From Octopus vulgaris (Eukaryota), in assembly GCA_951406725.2 (NCBI GenBank), contig OX597831.1:62930001-62994000 (forward strand): a stretch of 64,000 nt of DNA, given 5' to 3'. A program made the translations under genes and the position numbers. Positions 25,844 to 38,790 of the stretch are shown here, one piece after another (within the stretch, counting starts at the first letter, position 1; every line of letters starts with the position of its first letter). The notes beneath the pieces are model-generated. The model searched no databases, was not told the origin of the DNA, and was given only the letters and a program-made list of their open reading frames with translations.

Positions 25844-27240
25844 ATATATTGAAGATTACTGATTATTTAATTTACAGACCGATACAGCAGGCAATCGGTA
25901 GAGAAGATCTTGATTACGCAACTTTCACAAAAAAAATTTATTCTGATTCTTAAAAAACGATTCCATAACGAATTAAACTTAATTTTTAGCGGAGTTTTGA
26001 TGCTCACTCGAAGTTGGTTCCATTCCATCAAGCATATGCCTAAAGTCCGTAACCTAACAACTCTTTTATTCCAGTACAGTATATCTAGGGGCAATATAAT
26101 ACCATTTATCTCTCTTTCGTTCAGTAAGGTGAGATTTAAATGTTTGCTCACATTTCTAATATGGTTAATGACCGCATGACAGATTCTTCGGGGACTGAGA
26201 GAGTAAAGGTCTCACGTCTTTTCTTCTTTGGCCAGAATAACACAAATATAAGAGAATTGTCTTCAATTCATAATGTTAGTCGTCGCATTAAAGGTGTTTA
26301 AAGTGTGTTACTGTGAAGATCATACATTTTCCTGCAGTCAGTTGGTATTTAGTGGTGCGAATTGGGTTAAAGCAGATTTTCAAAATGTTTGACAGTTGCT
26401 ACTCTCAGGAAGAATAACATTACTTCCTCGATGTTTTCCAAAATATTAATGAAAAGGAGAGAAGAAATGATAATTTTTGTTTCTTCTGCTTTCATTTGCA
26501 GAACTTCAGTTCTTCATTGTCTCTGTTTTCTCAATGCACGAGCAATATTTGGTAAAGCTTGGCTAGTGGTGTGATTCCTTTATTGTAAACAGGTTGAACA
26601 CATTTTTATGTAAATTTCCTTTCAGTTTTTACATGAACTCTAGCTACTTCATTTAACAGAATATCTGAAAGAAATTTACTTTGCCAACCAGCGCAGAATT
26701 TCTTAACGCAATGAGATAAAACGAAAGTTTGTTTTATACTTCCTTTTTCTCTTTTAGTCAATGCACGAAAATGCTTGAAGGATTTTTCTGTCCCGAAAAT
26801 GTAATCGATTAGGATATGGTACATGTAATCTCGGATTTGCAAAGCATTTATTGATGATAATGTTTCTCCAAAAGTAGAATACAGTGTTTACTTAAGTTTA
26901 ATGCAACAATATTCTTTTCCGGTGTAAAATCTACTATAAAATATCCGATTACCATACAATATATATTACACTAGCGAGGAGGTAGGAGGGGAGATAAAGA
27001 GGGAAAAAGAGAGTGAGTGAGAGGGAGAGAGAGTGAGTGATTATCTGCTTATTGAAAGATAGAGGGAGAGAGGAGGAACGAGGGAGAGAGGGGGAAAGAG
27101 GGAGAGTGATTATATGTTTAGTTGTATTTCGGAATGGTCATTTTGCTAGTTTAGCCAATAAAAACACACGCACTATATATTTGGTGTTACTTTGCTTCAG
27201 TGTTATTTATTTTTTTACATTAAACTTAATCTTATTTCGG

Positions 27241-27280
27241 CCAGAGTTCTTTCGTCACACTCCTAAGACCGCATCAGTGG
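27241..27280 (-). ncRNA. Degenerate minimal hammerhead
   Basis: Minus strand: CCA-CTGATGC-gGTC-ttaggagtgt-GAC-GAAA-GAAC-TC-TGG. A9 is changed to C. Confidence 0.5.
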
Positions 27281-28403
27281 TCCTTTGCTTTCTTCTTTCT
27301 TATTTGTGTGTCTCTCCTTACTAACCGTCAGCCATTTTGTATTTCTATTGTATGTATCTCCATTTGCGCATGCCTTTATCTCTATGTGCGTCTGTTTAGT
27401 TAGTGTGTGTATGGGGGGGAATGCCTGTAATATTTGTATCTTCTTTTTATATACGTTCGTGCAATTTGTTTTTCTTTTTGTTTATTTTTATCTTTTTCCT
27501 TCCAAGATACGGAAATGTTTTTTCGTTCCTCCCATTAATCGCTTTATTATTAATTTATTGTGATTTGATACTGCTATCAGTTATAAACGTTGAAATCTAC
27601 TATTTCCTGTTAGATATGCCGTTCTAAATGTACTTAACAATTTGCAGTCTCTAAAAGGTTATTGTAACTGTTAAATGTTATTGATATCCAAATATTCGTT
27701 TGAACATACATATATCGCCATTAATTGTAATGGAAACTGATGGATATTTCAAAATAGCTTCGAGAAATATGTTGTTTAATAATCAATATAGTCTTTAGAC
27801 AAAGGTTTTAACTAAATTTATATTGACATTCACTGCTATTTTATTAATACTCATGTTTTCCTCACATATACAATGACAGTGACTGAACATACATATATAT
27901 ATAACGAACTGCGGGAGTTTGGATAAATTTCTATACTGTGCTGACAAGAATGAAACATATCAGAATATATATTCTGTCTGAGAAAATTTACTTGTTTCAA
28001 TCATTTCTTTCAGAGAAAAGGGTGATTTCAAGAAATCAGATTTCTTTCCTCCCTGCGGAATACTGTCCTATTTTGTCATGAGCGTTGCTGTATAATTTCA
28101 TCCCGCGACGTACAGACTTTGAACTTATCTGCACAACTCATTAACTTTACTATACGATCTATGCCAACACTGGTCACTGATAGCGTTCATATTTACATTA
28201 CTATGGTTTATCTATGCAAAAATGCAATACTAGTCTATTTTATACATGAAGTATATATAAAATTGAATCACAGATTGTCTACATCATATTAATGATAGTT
28301 TCGTTAGTCGTTTATCTTAGTTATATTTTTATTTCACTGATGTAACTCTATTGTTGAAAATATTTGTATCATAATAATGATATTTCTTCTAATATCTTCT
28401 TTC

Positions 28404-28753
28404 CTTTACTTGTTTCTGTCATTCGACTGTGGCCATGTAGTGGAACCTCCTTCAAGAGTTTTAGCAGAATGAATTATTGCTATTTTTAAAGCTTGGTACA
28501 CATTCTATCGGTCTCTTTGCCGAGCCGCAATGTCACGGGTACGTAAAGGAATCAACATAGGTTGCCAGCAGGTTGTGGTGATGGTGGGAAAGCACAAACT
28601 CAAAGATACACACAAACACTCATAGATAAATAGATAGAAAGATAGATAGATAAACATACATACATACATACATACAGACAGACAGACAGACAGACAGACA
28701 GATAGGTAGGTAGGTAGGTAGGTAGGTAGGTAGGTAGATAAATAGATAGATAC

Positions 28754-28786
<33 letters not shown>

Positions 28787-28836
28787 GATAGATAGATAGA
28801 TAGATAGATAGGTAGGTAGGTAGGTAGCTAGGTAGG

Positions 28837-28904
<68 letters not shown>

Positions 28905-29065
28905 ACGAGCTTCTTACAATTTCTGTCTACCAAATCCACACGCAAGTCTTTGGTCGGCCCAAAGCTATAGTAAAAGACATGGGACCAACTAGTCACGCAG
29001 TATTATTCAACCCGGAACCATGTGGGTTGAAAGCAAATTCCTATCACACAGACATAGCAGCACCT
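28404..29065 (-). mobile_element. SINE family A with expanded (GATA)/(GACA)/(GGTA)n core
   Basis: Family A halves flank a compound tetranucleotide microsatellite at ~28620-28903. Confidence 0.85.
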
Positions 29066-29248
29066 CACTTATTGAGTTTTATCAAGAGTTCAGTGGCATA
29101 TTTCCTACATTAACATGGTAAAGATTTAACCGTAAATATCTCAAATGTATTCCGATGCCTTTCAATTCAACAAGAAAAAAGGATCACGTAATCATTTGAC
29201 CTAAATGATATAGGAACGAAATCAGTCATTATTGCATTCTACCGTTCT

Positions 29249-29353
29249 AAATAAAAACGCAATATAATGTGCTATCAGGATTCATGGGCAATTTTCTTGT
29301 TGATCACGTTTGGAACGACATTTTGAGCATAAAACAGCTCGATCAGGAGCGAA
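29249..29353 (+). repeat. ~105-bp dispersed repeat, copy 2
   Basis: Near-identical to 22666-22771. Confidence 0.85.
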
Positions 29354-29604
29354 CAGTGGTAAACAGTAACAATATGCTCTATATCTGATATGCATGGTTT
29401 ATATACTTAGGATGTATATTATGTCTATGAATTTTGAGTGTAGAGTTTTCATGATTTAAAACACTAAGTCCACGCACGTTAAGCAAGGAAAAAAAAACGA
29501 TTTCAGTATAGTGTTGCTTTTTTTTTTTTTACAGAAATATGGATTACATGACAAAGCAAGTATGAAAAAGTTATTTTTAGACTTGAATTTCATAAGCAAA
29601 CGTC

Positions 29605-29630
29605 ACTTACCTGCAAAAGAAAATATTCAC
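29605..29630 (-). promoter_or_regulatory. Candidate recursive splice site (3' acceptor immediately followed by consensus 5' donor)
   Basis: Minus strand reads GTGAATATTTTCTTTTGCAG|GTAAGT, in apparently non-repetitive sequence. Confidence 0.5.
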
Positions 29631-30227
29631 TTAATGATACACTTAATCGAGTTTCAAAATTTTTCCAAAGTAAGAAATTGATAGATTAATTAAATAACAG
29701 GCAAGTAACTCAGAAACGCCTTCTACATACGAGGCACAAATATATTACGTCCCATCTCACAATAATTCTGCTTGTCATTGCGTTACTTAGCCCGTCGTTA
29801 ACGCTTTCGCGTGATTAGAGAAAGGTAGGGAGAAAAATGAAGGAGAGAGAAAAAGAGAGTGACAGCAGCATCCATGATGTAAGGTAGAGGAAATGTAATT
29901 GTAAAGCTTTCACGTGATTAGTTGACAAGAAAGAGAGGAGAAAGAAAAACAGAGAAAAGGAGGATATGATGAAGAGGGGAGAGAAAGAGGGAGAAAGAAA
30001 GAGAAGGGAAAAGAAAAGGGGAAGAGAGAAGCATCCATGACGCGAGGTAAGGGGAAAGTAATATTTATTATGTGGTTTAAAAAGTTAGTCGAAGGTAAAA
30101 ATATAATTTTAGCAGCGGTGTGTTGTTCTGATGGTGAGGTTAAAGATGGGCAGGGAGAGAGTGAAAAAGAGAAGCGAGAGAGGGGGAGAGAGAGAAGGGA
30201 GTGAGGTGGAAGAGAGAGGAGAGAGAG

Positions 30228-30388
30228 GTGATGGTGCTGGTACTGGTGCTGGTGATGCTGATGGTGATGGTAGTGTTGGTGGTGGCGTTGGGAGTGGTGG
30301 TGGTGGTGCTGATGGTGATGGTAGTGTTTGTGGCGGCGTTGGGCGTGGTGGTGGTGGTGGTGGTGGAGGTGGAGGTGGTGGTGATGAT
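30228..30388. repeat. (GGT)n-rich trinucleotide low-complexity tract
   Basis: Visible directly. It explains the poly-Pro, poly-Gly and poly-Val ORFs. Confidence 0.95.
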
Positions 30389-31566
30389 TGGAGAGTGGAA
30401 AGGGTATTTTTATTTAATTGAACTAAGTTCTTTATATCACCTATCATTTAACGCATGCGCATAAGAGCAATTCGTGAAATATTCACGATTCGTGAAATAT
30501 TCATAGTCAAGCAACATCACCGTAATCTCTTATTAACGTGACCAGACTACAAGAAGGTGTTTGATTCTATACAACACTCACGGATGATAGAATCACTACA
30601 CCTTACCAAAGTACCAACTGTTATGGTGAACGCTATTGAGAAACTGACCGCATCATTGTCCACACAATTATCACTGACATCTTCCAAAACAACAGCTATT
30701 GCTACAAAGAGAATTAAGCCATCAACAAGCAATATTCCAGAGGGATAGTTTATCTGTAATATTATTTGCACCAGCAATGAGCCCCTTCTCAGCCCTGTTA
30801 ACAAAATGCCAAAGCTACATGCTGGGATATGCCGAAAAGAATAAAATTATTGCTGTCCACATTAATTGTTGTTATACTCTGGCTATACATTATAATTGAT
30901 GTTATAGAAGCTGATTTATTTATCTGTGGTTTTTAGTTTTTAAAATAGGTAGGAGCTTGTATCATCTAACTGTACCATATTTGTGATAAGTTTTTTTGTT
31001 TTTTTTTTTAGCAAGAACATCACTGTACTTTCCTTCTGTATTCTTATTCCATCCATTTCCTTGGCAATCTCAGAGCAATATAATTCGTGGCTTACATAAC
31101 TACGACATTTTGAATGCCACTAATGTGTCCAGCTGATAAATTCTAATTTTCTCTAGGCGCTATATATTTATCCCGCACAAGTATTTAATTGCATTTTAAA
31201 AAATCGTTAAAACATTCAGCGGTAATCTCTCCTAATCTTCGAACAGTAGACAGGGTTAGTGTAACGTCTACTGTCGGGAAAGTTTGCTATCTCGACAACA
31301 GATATTAGAATTACTTTACCATAGATATTCATACCATTACAGTTGATCTTGCATTATCATACAAATACAGATATTACAGATATCACGACATTCCAAATCG
31401 TTATTAGCGCTACAGTTAAAACAATAATTGATCACCCGAGAAAATGAACGGATAACATATGTTCCTCTTTTTCTCTAAAGCTCTTTAAAATGATATTTTA
31501 ACTTGAAATATCAAAAGCAGTTGCCTATTTTTATGACATAATTTCGAAATTCTTATGATGGATATT

Positions 31567-31979
31567 GGATCTTTTCAGTTTGAACGGCAGTTTTATCTAG
31601 CGGTGTCATATGAAATTGCCACCCATAATTATGACCCTAGTATTGATCTACTGCATTTCAATCTATTTTAGGGTCAGAGTTAGTTAGGGTTAGGGGTGGG
31701 GGAAGGGTATCTTTTTTCTTCACAAATGTAAATTAACCCAATCTGTTTCTTATTCATACGGCACAGAATGTTATTTTACCTCAATGGACGTCATCGATTG
31801 GTTGAAATTGCAGTAATTGAAGAAAAAAAAATAACAAATATCTTACAAACTATAGAATTTTCTCAATAAAGCCAAGAGAAAATATATTTTATAAACACAT
31901 TCTACCAGTATACGAAGTTTATCACTTTTTAGTTACCTAGAAATTATGTTAAAAACTGCCGTTCAAACCGAAAAGATCC
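31567..31979. mobile_element. MITE with ~28-bp TIRs and 8-bp TSD (Merlin-like), copy 1
   Basis: GGATCTTTTCAGTTTGAACGGCAGTTTT / AAAACTGCCGTTCAAACCGAAAAGATCC, with flanks TGGATATT / TGAATATT. Confidence 0.9.
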
Positions 31980-32039
31980 TGAATATTTTTTTTTATATTT
32001 ATCTGTATGCACCACACTAGTTTTCAATAATACAATGAA

Positions 32040-33150
32040 TGTCTGCTCAAACCACATTATGTCAAATAACCTACTATAGTGGGCTGCTACAGACTGAATA
32101 TTTTTCAGGTGATTTACATTTTTTCAGCTGTAAACCCAGTAATATTGGGGACATTCTCGTTCTGGAAGCTGCAGGACTGCTGTCCAATTTTGTGATTTGA
32201 ATAACCATATTGATTTAATTTCCACCAAGATGTTTCTATGTATGGATTACAAAGCAGTTACAATGCCTTACTACTGTGGTTCAATTCCTGACGTTTCCGA
32301 TGGAAGAAGAACCACTTTCATTAGTTTAAGATGTGCAACTGGCTGGTTAAAAGTACTCTTGTCAGCAAACGTTAAAGTTCTTTCTTCCAGCTCGAAGAGC
32401 TTCGGATGACAATGAAAACATTCATTTTCTACAGGCTAAACCATTAAAAATAATCCCTTTGTTAAATTATCTCAGCTTCATAGTCAGTAGTTCTCCCACA
32501 GATGATCCACATTCCTTGCCTTACATGTTTTAGTCATTTTGTTGTGTTAATCTATGACATGTTGGAATCCCAAATAAGTAACTGTATCCTTTTATTCTTA
32601 TTTATCTTAAAGGAAAATTTAACATTTATAAGGACACCGGAACACAATAAAAGTTTGCTTCCATTGTATATGTGGTCATACTGCGTATGATTCGCAGGTA
32701 AATATGTATGAGTTTTGTAATCTGCGTAGTTAGTGCTTTTTATTCGACTATAAATTTCTGGAACATGATGTTGAATCTTGCTTTCCCATTTTAGATAGGA
32801 ATTCTTCTTTGTTTAAACTTTCTGCTACATTGAATGACATCTGGGATAGGAGTGATCCAGAAACGAATTATTACTAGAAGTGTCATTCGTGAAATATGGG
32901 ATAAAACATGCTCGATAACAGAAAATTTTCCAGATAATTTTATGTTTTGGCATTATACGTGCATCTATGTATAACTCTGCCTTCCTGGAGACAGTTTATA
33001 TTCATCATATATGAAACATCCCAATATTTTCATCATCCTCTCTGGAACATTTTCTTTTTTCTGCTGATATAATAACAGATTCATACAGTGCAGCAATTGA
33101 CAAGTCGTTATTTTTCCCCTCAGCTGACATTTTTCCCTTCTTTATACCAC
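32040..33150 (-). pseudogene. Decayed pogo/Tigger-type transposase
   Basis: RTLTFADKS...MKVVLLPSETSGIEPQ**GIVTAL*SIHRNILV resembles ILLFVDN...VVFLPPNTTS.LQPMDQGII..LK..YR. Many stops. Confidence 0.5.
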
Positions 33151-33347
33151 TCATGAATGAGAATGATTTTGAGTATTGATTTATCTGCTGTATAAATAGC
33201 GAGATGGCATGTGAGTTTACTTTGTATACAGTAGCATTAAGTTCATTCTTCTATAAGACACTTTCTACACAAAGTTTAATTGTGTTCAACTCAGTCAAAC
33301 GGTTCTACACAAAATAAACATGCACAAACACACACACTTACACACAC

Positions 33348-33472
<125 letters not shown>

Positions 33473-33927
33473 TTGATACTGATATTTGAATAAAGCAGTT
33501 AAATATTTTCAATATTGACACACATAGTGAGTTAAATAGTGGCAACTATAAGGCTTCTGCCGTTTCAAAACAATTCATTTTGGAGGAAATTGGCGAATTG
33601 TGTCGATACTAAAAAGAAAATATCGGTCATTCTTAATCATTGAACACCACCCTTTTATAAATTTCATTGACGTAGAAAAATTTATTTCTTAATAAATATC
33701 ATTTCAAAATTTAAATACGAGATATATTTAAATTATGAAAATTGTAAGAATAAACTCAATAAATTTAAATTTTCATGTCGGTTGTTTATAAATAAGACTT
33801 TTTTTAATAGAGGCAGATATGTATACTTTCTTTTGCATATCAAATCATATATAGGTTTGATTTTATGCTACATTTCACCAAACTTTAAATGAAAACTCTC
33901 TCTTGTTTATAGAGCTAATAGAAACTG

Positions 33928-34506
33928 AAAAGAAAAGGCGAAAGAAGATCTTCACCCACGTAAAGTATTGTTGACTCTTTGGTGAGATATGAAAGGTTCA
34001 GTCCACTTTGAAATTTTAAATCGAAACCAAACGATAACAAAGAAGATTTGCTACAAGCAGCTTGAGCGGCTTAAGTCAGCGCTAGAAGAAAAACGACCAT
34101 CTTTGCTTTCAAGACCAAAGGTGTTCTTCCATCAGGATAATGCTCGGCCACATACGGCGAGGCTGACATTCCAAAGGCTGGAGCACTTTGAATGGAAAAC
34201 GATGCCCACCCACCAATGTTCGACGGACATTGCCCCATCTGATTATCATTTATTCAGCAGTGTTCAAAAGGATTTGAACGGAAAAAATATGAATTCTGTA
34301 GACGAGGTCAGAACAGTACTGGAGGAGTATTTTTCGTCACGGTCAAGTGAATTTCGGAAGAGGGTCCCTGCAAGTCTACCAGATAGATGGAAGAGTTTTG
34401 TAGAAAATGGAGGAGAGTATATTTTAGATTAAAAGGAGAACATTGTTTTTCTTAATTTTGAAAAACAAAAGTATAAAAAAACCGCATTATTTATGGGATG
34501 ACCCAA
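33928..34506 (+). mobile_element. mariner (DD34D) element, 3' half with right TIR
   Basis: ORF 33989-34432: FHQDNARPH...STDIAPSDYHLF with exactly 34 residues between the two Asp. Upstream LHPRKVLLTLW*D. Terminal GCATTATTTATGGGATGACCCAA. Confidence 0.93.
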
Positions 34507-34549
34507 TGCATATATACATATGTACATATATAAATAGATAGACAAACAG

Positions 34550-34694
<145 letters not shown>

Positions 34695-35766
34695 TATTGA
34701 AACTGAAATCACGAGATTAACATGAAGCTTCAATAAAGTACATACTCTAACATATGGCTTGCATATTCCACTCTCATTGGTGTACACTATCCAACATTCA
34801 AAGATACACACATGCACACACTTACATACACACGCGTGTGTATGTGTGTCTACCGAGTAGGTATGATATACACTTACAGTGAAAGAGGACAGCATTTTCT
34901 AACCGGTATGATATAGCATTAGATATTACTGGAATATTATGAACGAAATATTTCATAAAAACATACAAGTGCAATCTTCCTGCATTAAATTTATATTTTC
35001 ATTTTATTATATTATTTGCATTAATGTAATTTTCGCTGCTGTATGTTGTGTTAATATTCAATAAGGAACAATTTAGCTGAGAATACTTAGATAATGTTAT
35101 CGAGCAAGTATGAAACAATACGGTCGTAACATTCCATTCTAAGTGAAAATAAATAGATGTTTAATATCTAGCATTTTGTAGAATTGATATTACTAAACTA
35201 CCTGAGAGTTTGAATGGTATCCATTCTCTCGTTAGATCATCGTTCATACTGAGTACTTGAACATATTTTGATGTAATTAAACTAATAACAGGGTACTAAC
35301 AAACTCACAAGCCTTTAGTCTATGAACAAAATCCGATACATTTTAAGCACTTATTCCAATATTTTGGACATTACACCAGTTATATATGGTGACAGTATAT
35401 ACATTATATGTTATTTCGAATTGCTCAATCACGGCTGGAAATAAAATTCTTTCTTATTTAACTTTGAAAGAGGTGTTTCTACAACAACTAGCAATGTTTA
35501 TAAAAAAGAAATACTAGTAGAGGAGACGTAACACAATTGATAATTTTTATTATTACTATGCTAAACCTATACTAAAACTACAGTGACTATAAACAAATAC
35601 GTTTACTTCTAGCTTTGTTTAATAAATTGTATAAAATATCATCTACATATTCATGAGAAACCTGCTTAACTGAATTTATCGCAATCACAATGATACTGTT
35701 ACCTGTGTAGGAAAGTTTATATACATTGTTACCGTTTAATATTGTTATATCGATATTATATCTACT

Positions 35767-36184
35767 ACTCTTTTACTATTTTACTTGTTTCAGTCATCTG
35801 ACGGTGGCCATGCTGGAGCACCACCTTTAGTCGAGCAAATCGACCCCAGGACTTATTCTTTGTAAGACTAGTACTTATTCTATCGGTTCTTTTGCCGAAC
35901 CACTAAGTTACGGGGACATAAACACACTTGCATCGGTTGTCAGGCGATGTTGGTGGGAGAAAAAACACAGACATCCAAACATATACACACACACATACAT
36001 ATAAATATATACATATATACGACGGGCTTCTTTGAGTTTCCGTCTGCCAAATCCACTCACATGGCTTTGGTCAGCTCGAGGCTCTAGTAGAAGACACTTG
36101 CCCAAAGTGCCACGCAGTGGGACTGAACCCGGAACCATGTGGTTCGTAAGCATGTTACTTACCTCACAGTCACTCCTACGTCCT
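35767..36184 (-). mobile_element. SINE family A
   Basis: Full-length match to the family. Confidence 0.92.
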
Positions 36185-36244
36185 AAGCATTCTTCATTGC
36201 TTATATTTATAGTTGCTAGTGTAATAAAATGTGAAGTACCAACA

Positions 36245-38225
36245 GATACAAGTTTCAAGTACTAACAGGTCATTAGAATGCCTTAAGAAGAAAATGTACA
36301 AGTTCTTTAAGAGTTATACCCTAGGAATATCTATAGAAAATGAATATTATGCAATAAATTATCTAGACAGTCACTAATAAAATCCATCCATTCCATAAGT
36401 TGAATGAAATCTTAAAGTATATTAGTTCTTTAAGTAACCATCCTAGACCAGTTAAAGAAGTTTTAATAGATGATATAGGCAAAAAAATATCTATGCTATC
36501 CTCAGATTATAACTCTTTTAATAAATATGCCTCATATAAAGCATTAAAAGAAGCAGGCTACAATTCTAATATAAAATTCTTTACTTATTATGAACACATT
36601 AATAATATAACATGTACAGCTAATAAAACTAATAATAATTCTAACAGTAAAAATGTGAATAATAATAAAAGACAATATAACAAATTAAATAAAGATAAAA
36701 ACAATATAAATGTTATCAATGATTACAATATTAACAGTAATATTGATAATGAGAATATGATCAATAGTAAGGAAAATAGTAAATTATACATGTGGGGACA
36801 TAATACACCTAAGAATAAAACATTGACACTGATGATGTCTAATAATGATAGTATAAAAAAGAAAAAGGATAGTATATGGTTAATTATTCCGTATGGGTCA
36901 CAAGTGATAACTAATATTATTAAGGAGACACTTAAAATTGTAAAAATGCTTTTTTTAAAAAAGGACAACAGTTATTCAAATATATTTTCTAATAAAGCTA
37001 TAAGAGTGATATACTCAACATCGTGAAAAGTAGGTAATATCATTTCCTCTATAAATAATAAGAAATTAAATAATTGTTATAATAGCATAATAAATAATAG
37101 CTCTAGCCATAATACAACCGATAGTGATAGAAGACTTAATCAACATATAGAAAAATGTTCATGTCGGGATAAGACTAAATGTAAAGTCTCTAATAATTGT
37201 AATATTGATAATGTAATTTTAAAATGTATAGTAAGATCCAAGAACAATAATAATAATAAAATTATAAACAAGGTTTATATTGGCTCAACAGCTAATGAAA
37301 TTTAAAAAAGAATATCCCAGCACTACCAGACCTTCGAAAATCCTAATTTAAGTAAGTCCACAGGCTTAAGTAAATATATATGGGAATTAAAATGTAGAAA
37401 AACAGAGTACATTCTTAACTGGAGTATAATAGGTAAAGTCCACTCCTATAATATTCGGAATAAATTGTGCTTATTATGCATAACAGAATTTATGGAACTG
37501 CTACAGTCTAGAGACAAATTATTAAACACATACGATGAACGTGGAGTCAAATGTAGACACTGAAGCAATTTTATCTTCAATAAAATGAAATACTAAACCC
37601 ACCCTTGATTCAAATAACCACACACTTTTATTTCTACAGCACTTGGAAAGATTATATAAATTATTTAAATAAATAAATGAATTAAATATTACTAAAATTA
37701 TATTATAACAAATTATATATATATATATCTCCCAACATAAGTAAATTGAAGATAATAAGAGAGGCTAATTTAAATTAAACTATGCATAGTGTAATTACCC
37801 CCTTGGTAATAATCACCTATAAATTCCCATAGTTCCCTGCTATCGTCTTCTAATATCCATTTTGAAAAGAAATCTTGTTTCCAACAAAAAGAAAGAAATG
37901 CACTTGCTTTTTTTTTGTTATATTTCACATTCAAACACAGACATTTTTATTCTGATTTATATTTTATATCTTATATTTTGTATTTGACATTATAGACTTG
38001 ATTTTATAAGGGTGATGTATATACTAATTCATATTTATAATGTACAATTTATAAGTTTTAATTCTTAATATTGTAAAGTATAATTTCTCTTTTTAATTTT
38101 TAATGTTTAATTTATTGCTTAATTTAACGCGCATTTTTTAAAGAGATGTAAAATTATATTAACAATACTTTGAAAAAGAACTTCGAGATGTGTTGGAATA
38201 ATAGTAAACCTGATGATTGCATATA

Positions 38226-38285
<60 letters not shown>

Positions 38286-38556
38286 CGTGTGTGTGTATAT
38301 TGTAATCTTTCAATACTGAAACACGTGTAGTTCCGTCATAATTAGTAAATTTAAATGTTAACTTAAGGAAGAGATAATTAAGGAAGTATATTATGTACCC
38401 TGCTGATATACTGGTTATATCTTTTAAGGTATTATTTCGTGATGTGCAAATGGATACCATGAGTTTATTTTCAGATATACTCATTTGGTTATTTTTTTTG
38501 TATAATCTAAAAATAGAACACCCGCATATCTACTAATCCTAAAAAACTGAATTATG
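36245..38556 (+). mobile_element. 5'-truncated Penelope-like element, Naiad type (RT thumb, CxCx5C knuckle, GIY-YIG, long 3' region with hammerhead)
   Basis: LKKKMYKFFK...INYLD, SNHP...KALKEAGY, IWLIIPYG...IFSNKAIRVIYS, CSCRDKTKC, VYIGSTANE..KRISQH...STGLSKYIWELK...CLLC...CRH. Contains stops and frameshifts; ends at (TA)n. Confidence 0.88.
38207..38332 (+). ncRNA. Hammerhead ribozyme core of the PLE, with a microsatellite inside helix/loop II
   Basis: AAC-CTGATGA (38210-38216) ... GAAAC-ACGT-GTA-GTT (38318-38332). Palindromic helix III and 3-bp helix I. About 100 nt, mostly (TA)n(TG)n, lies between the two boxes. Confidence 0.6.
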
Positions 38557-38589
38557 ATATATATATATATATATATATGCATTTTTATC

Positions 38590-38790
38590 TTTTATATTTC
38601 ACATGTTTCAGTCATTAGCCTGCGTCCCTACTGGAGCACCGCCATTAAGAATCTTTAGTCGAATGAACTGACCCCAGTACTAAATATTTTTGCTAGACTT
38701 GATACTTATTCTATCAGTTGCTTTTGCCGAACTGCTAAGTTACGGGGACATGAAAGCACCAACACCAGTTGTCAAGCGGTCGCTGGAGCT
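38590..38790 (-). mobile_element. SINE family A-related, 3' part
   Basis: TGTTTCAGTCATT...CTGGAGCACCGCC...AAGTTACGGGGAC...GTTGTCAAGCG. Confidence 0.8.

Noticed and set aside
30109-30464. Pro-rich or Gly-rich ORFs resembling extensin or formin
   Set aside because: Entirely explained by (GGT)n and GA-rich low-complexity DNA, with no splice or domain evidence.
37024-37563. In-frame TGA codons (37024, 37561) in the Naiad-like ORF as selenocysteine, since some Naiads encode selenoproteins
   Set aside because: Neither TGA sits at a conserved Cys position by my reading. The sister copy has Arg (AGA) at the second site, and the copy has other disablements, so ordinary decay (e.g. CGA to TGA) is more likely. 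No SECIS search was possible.
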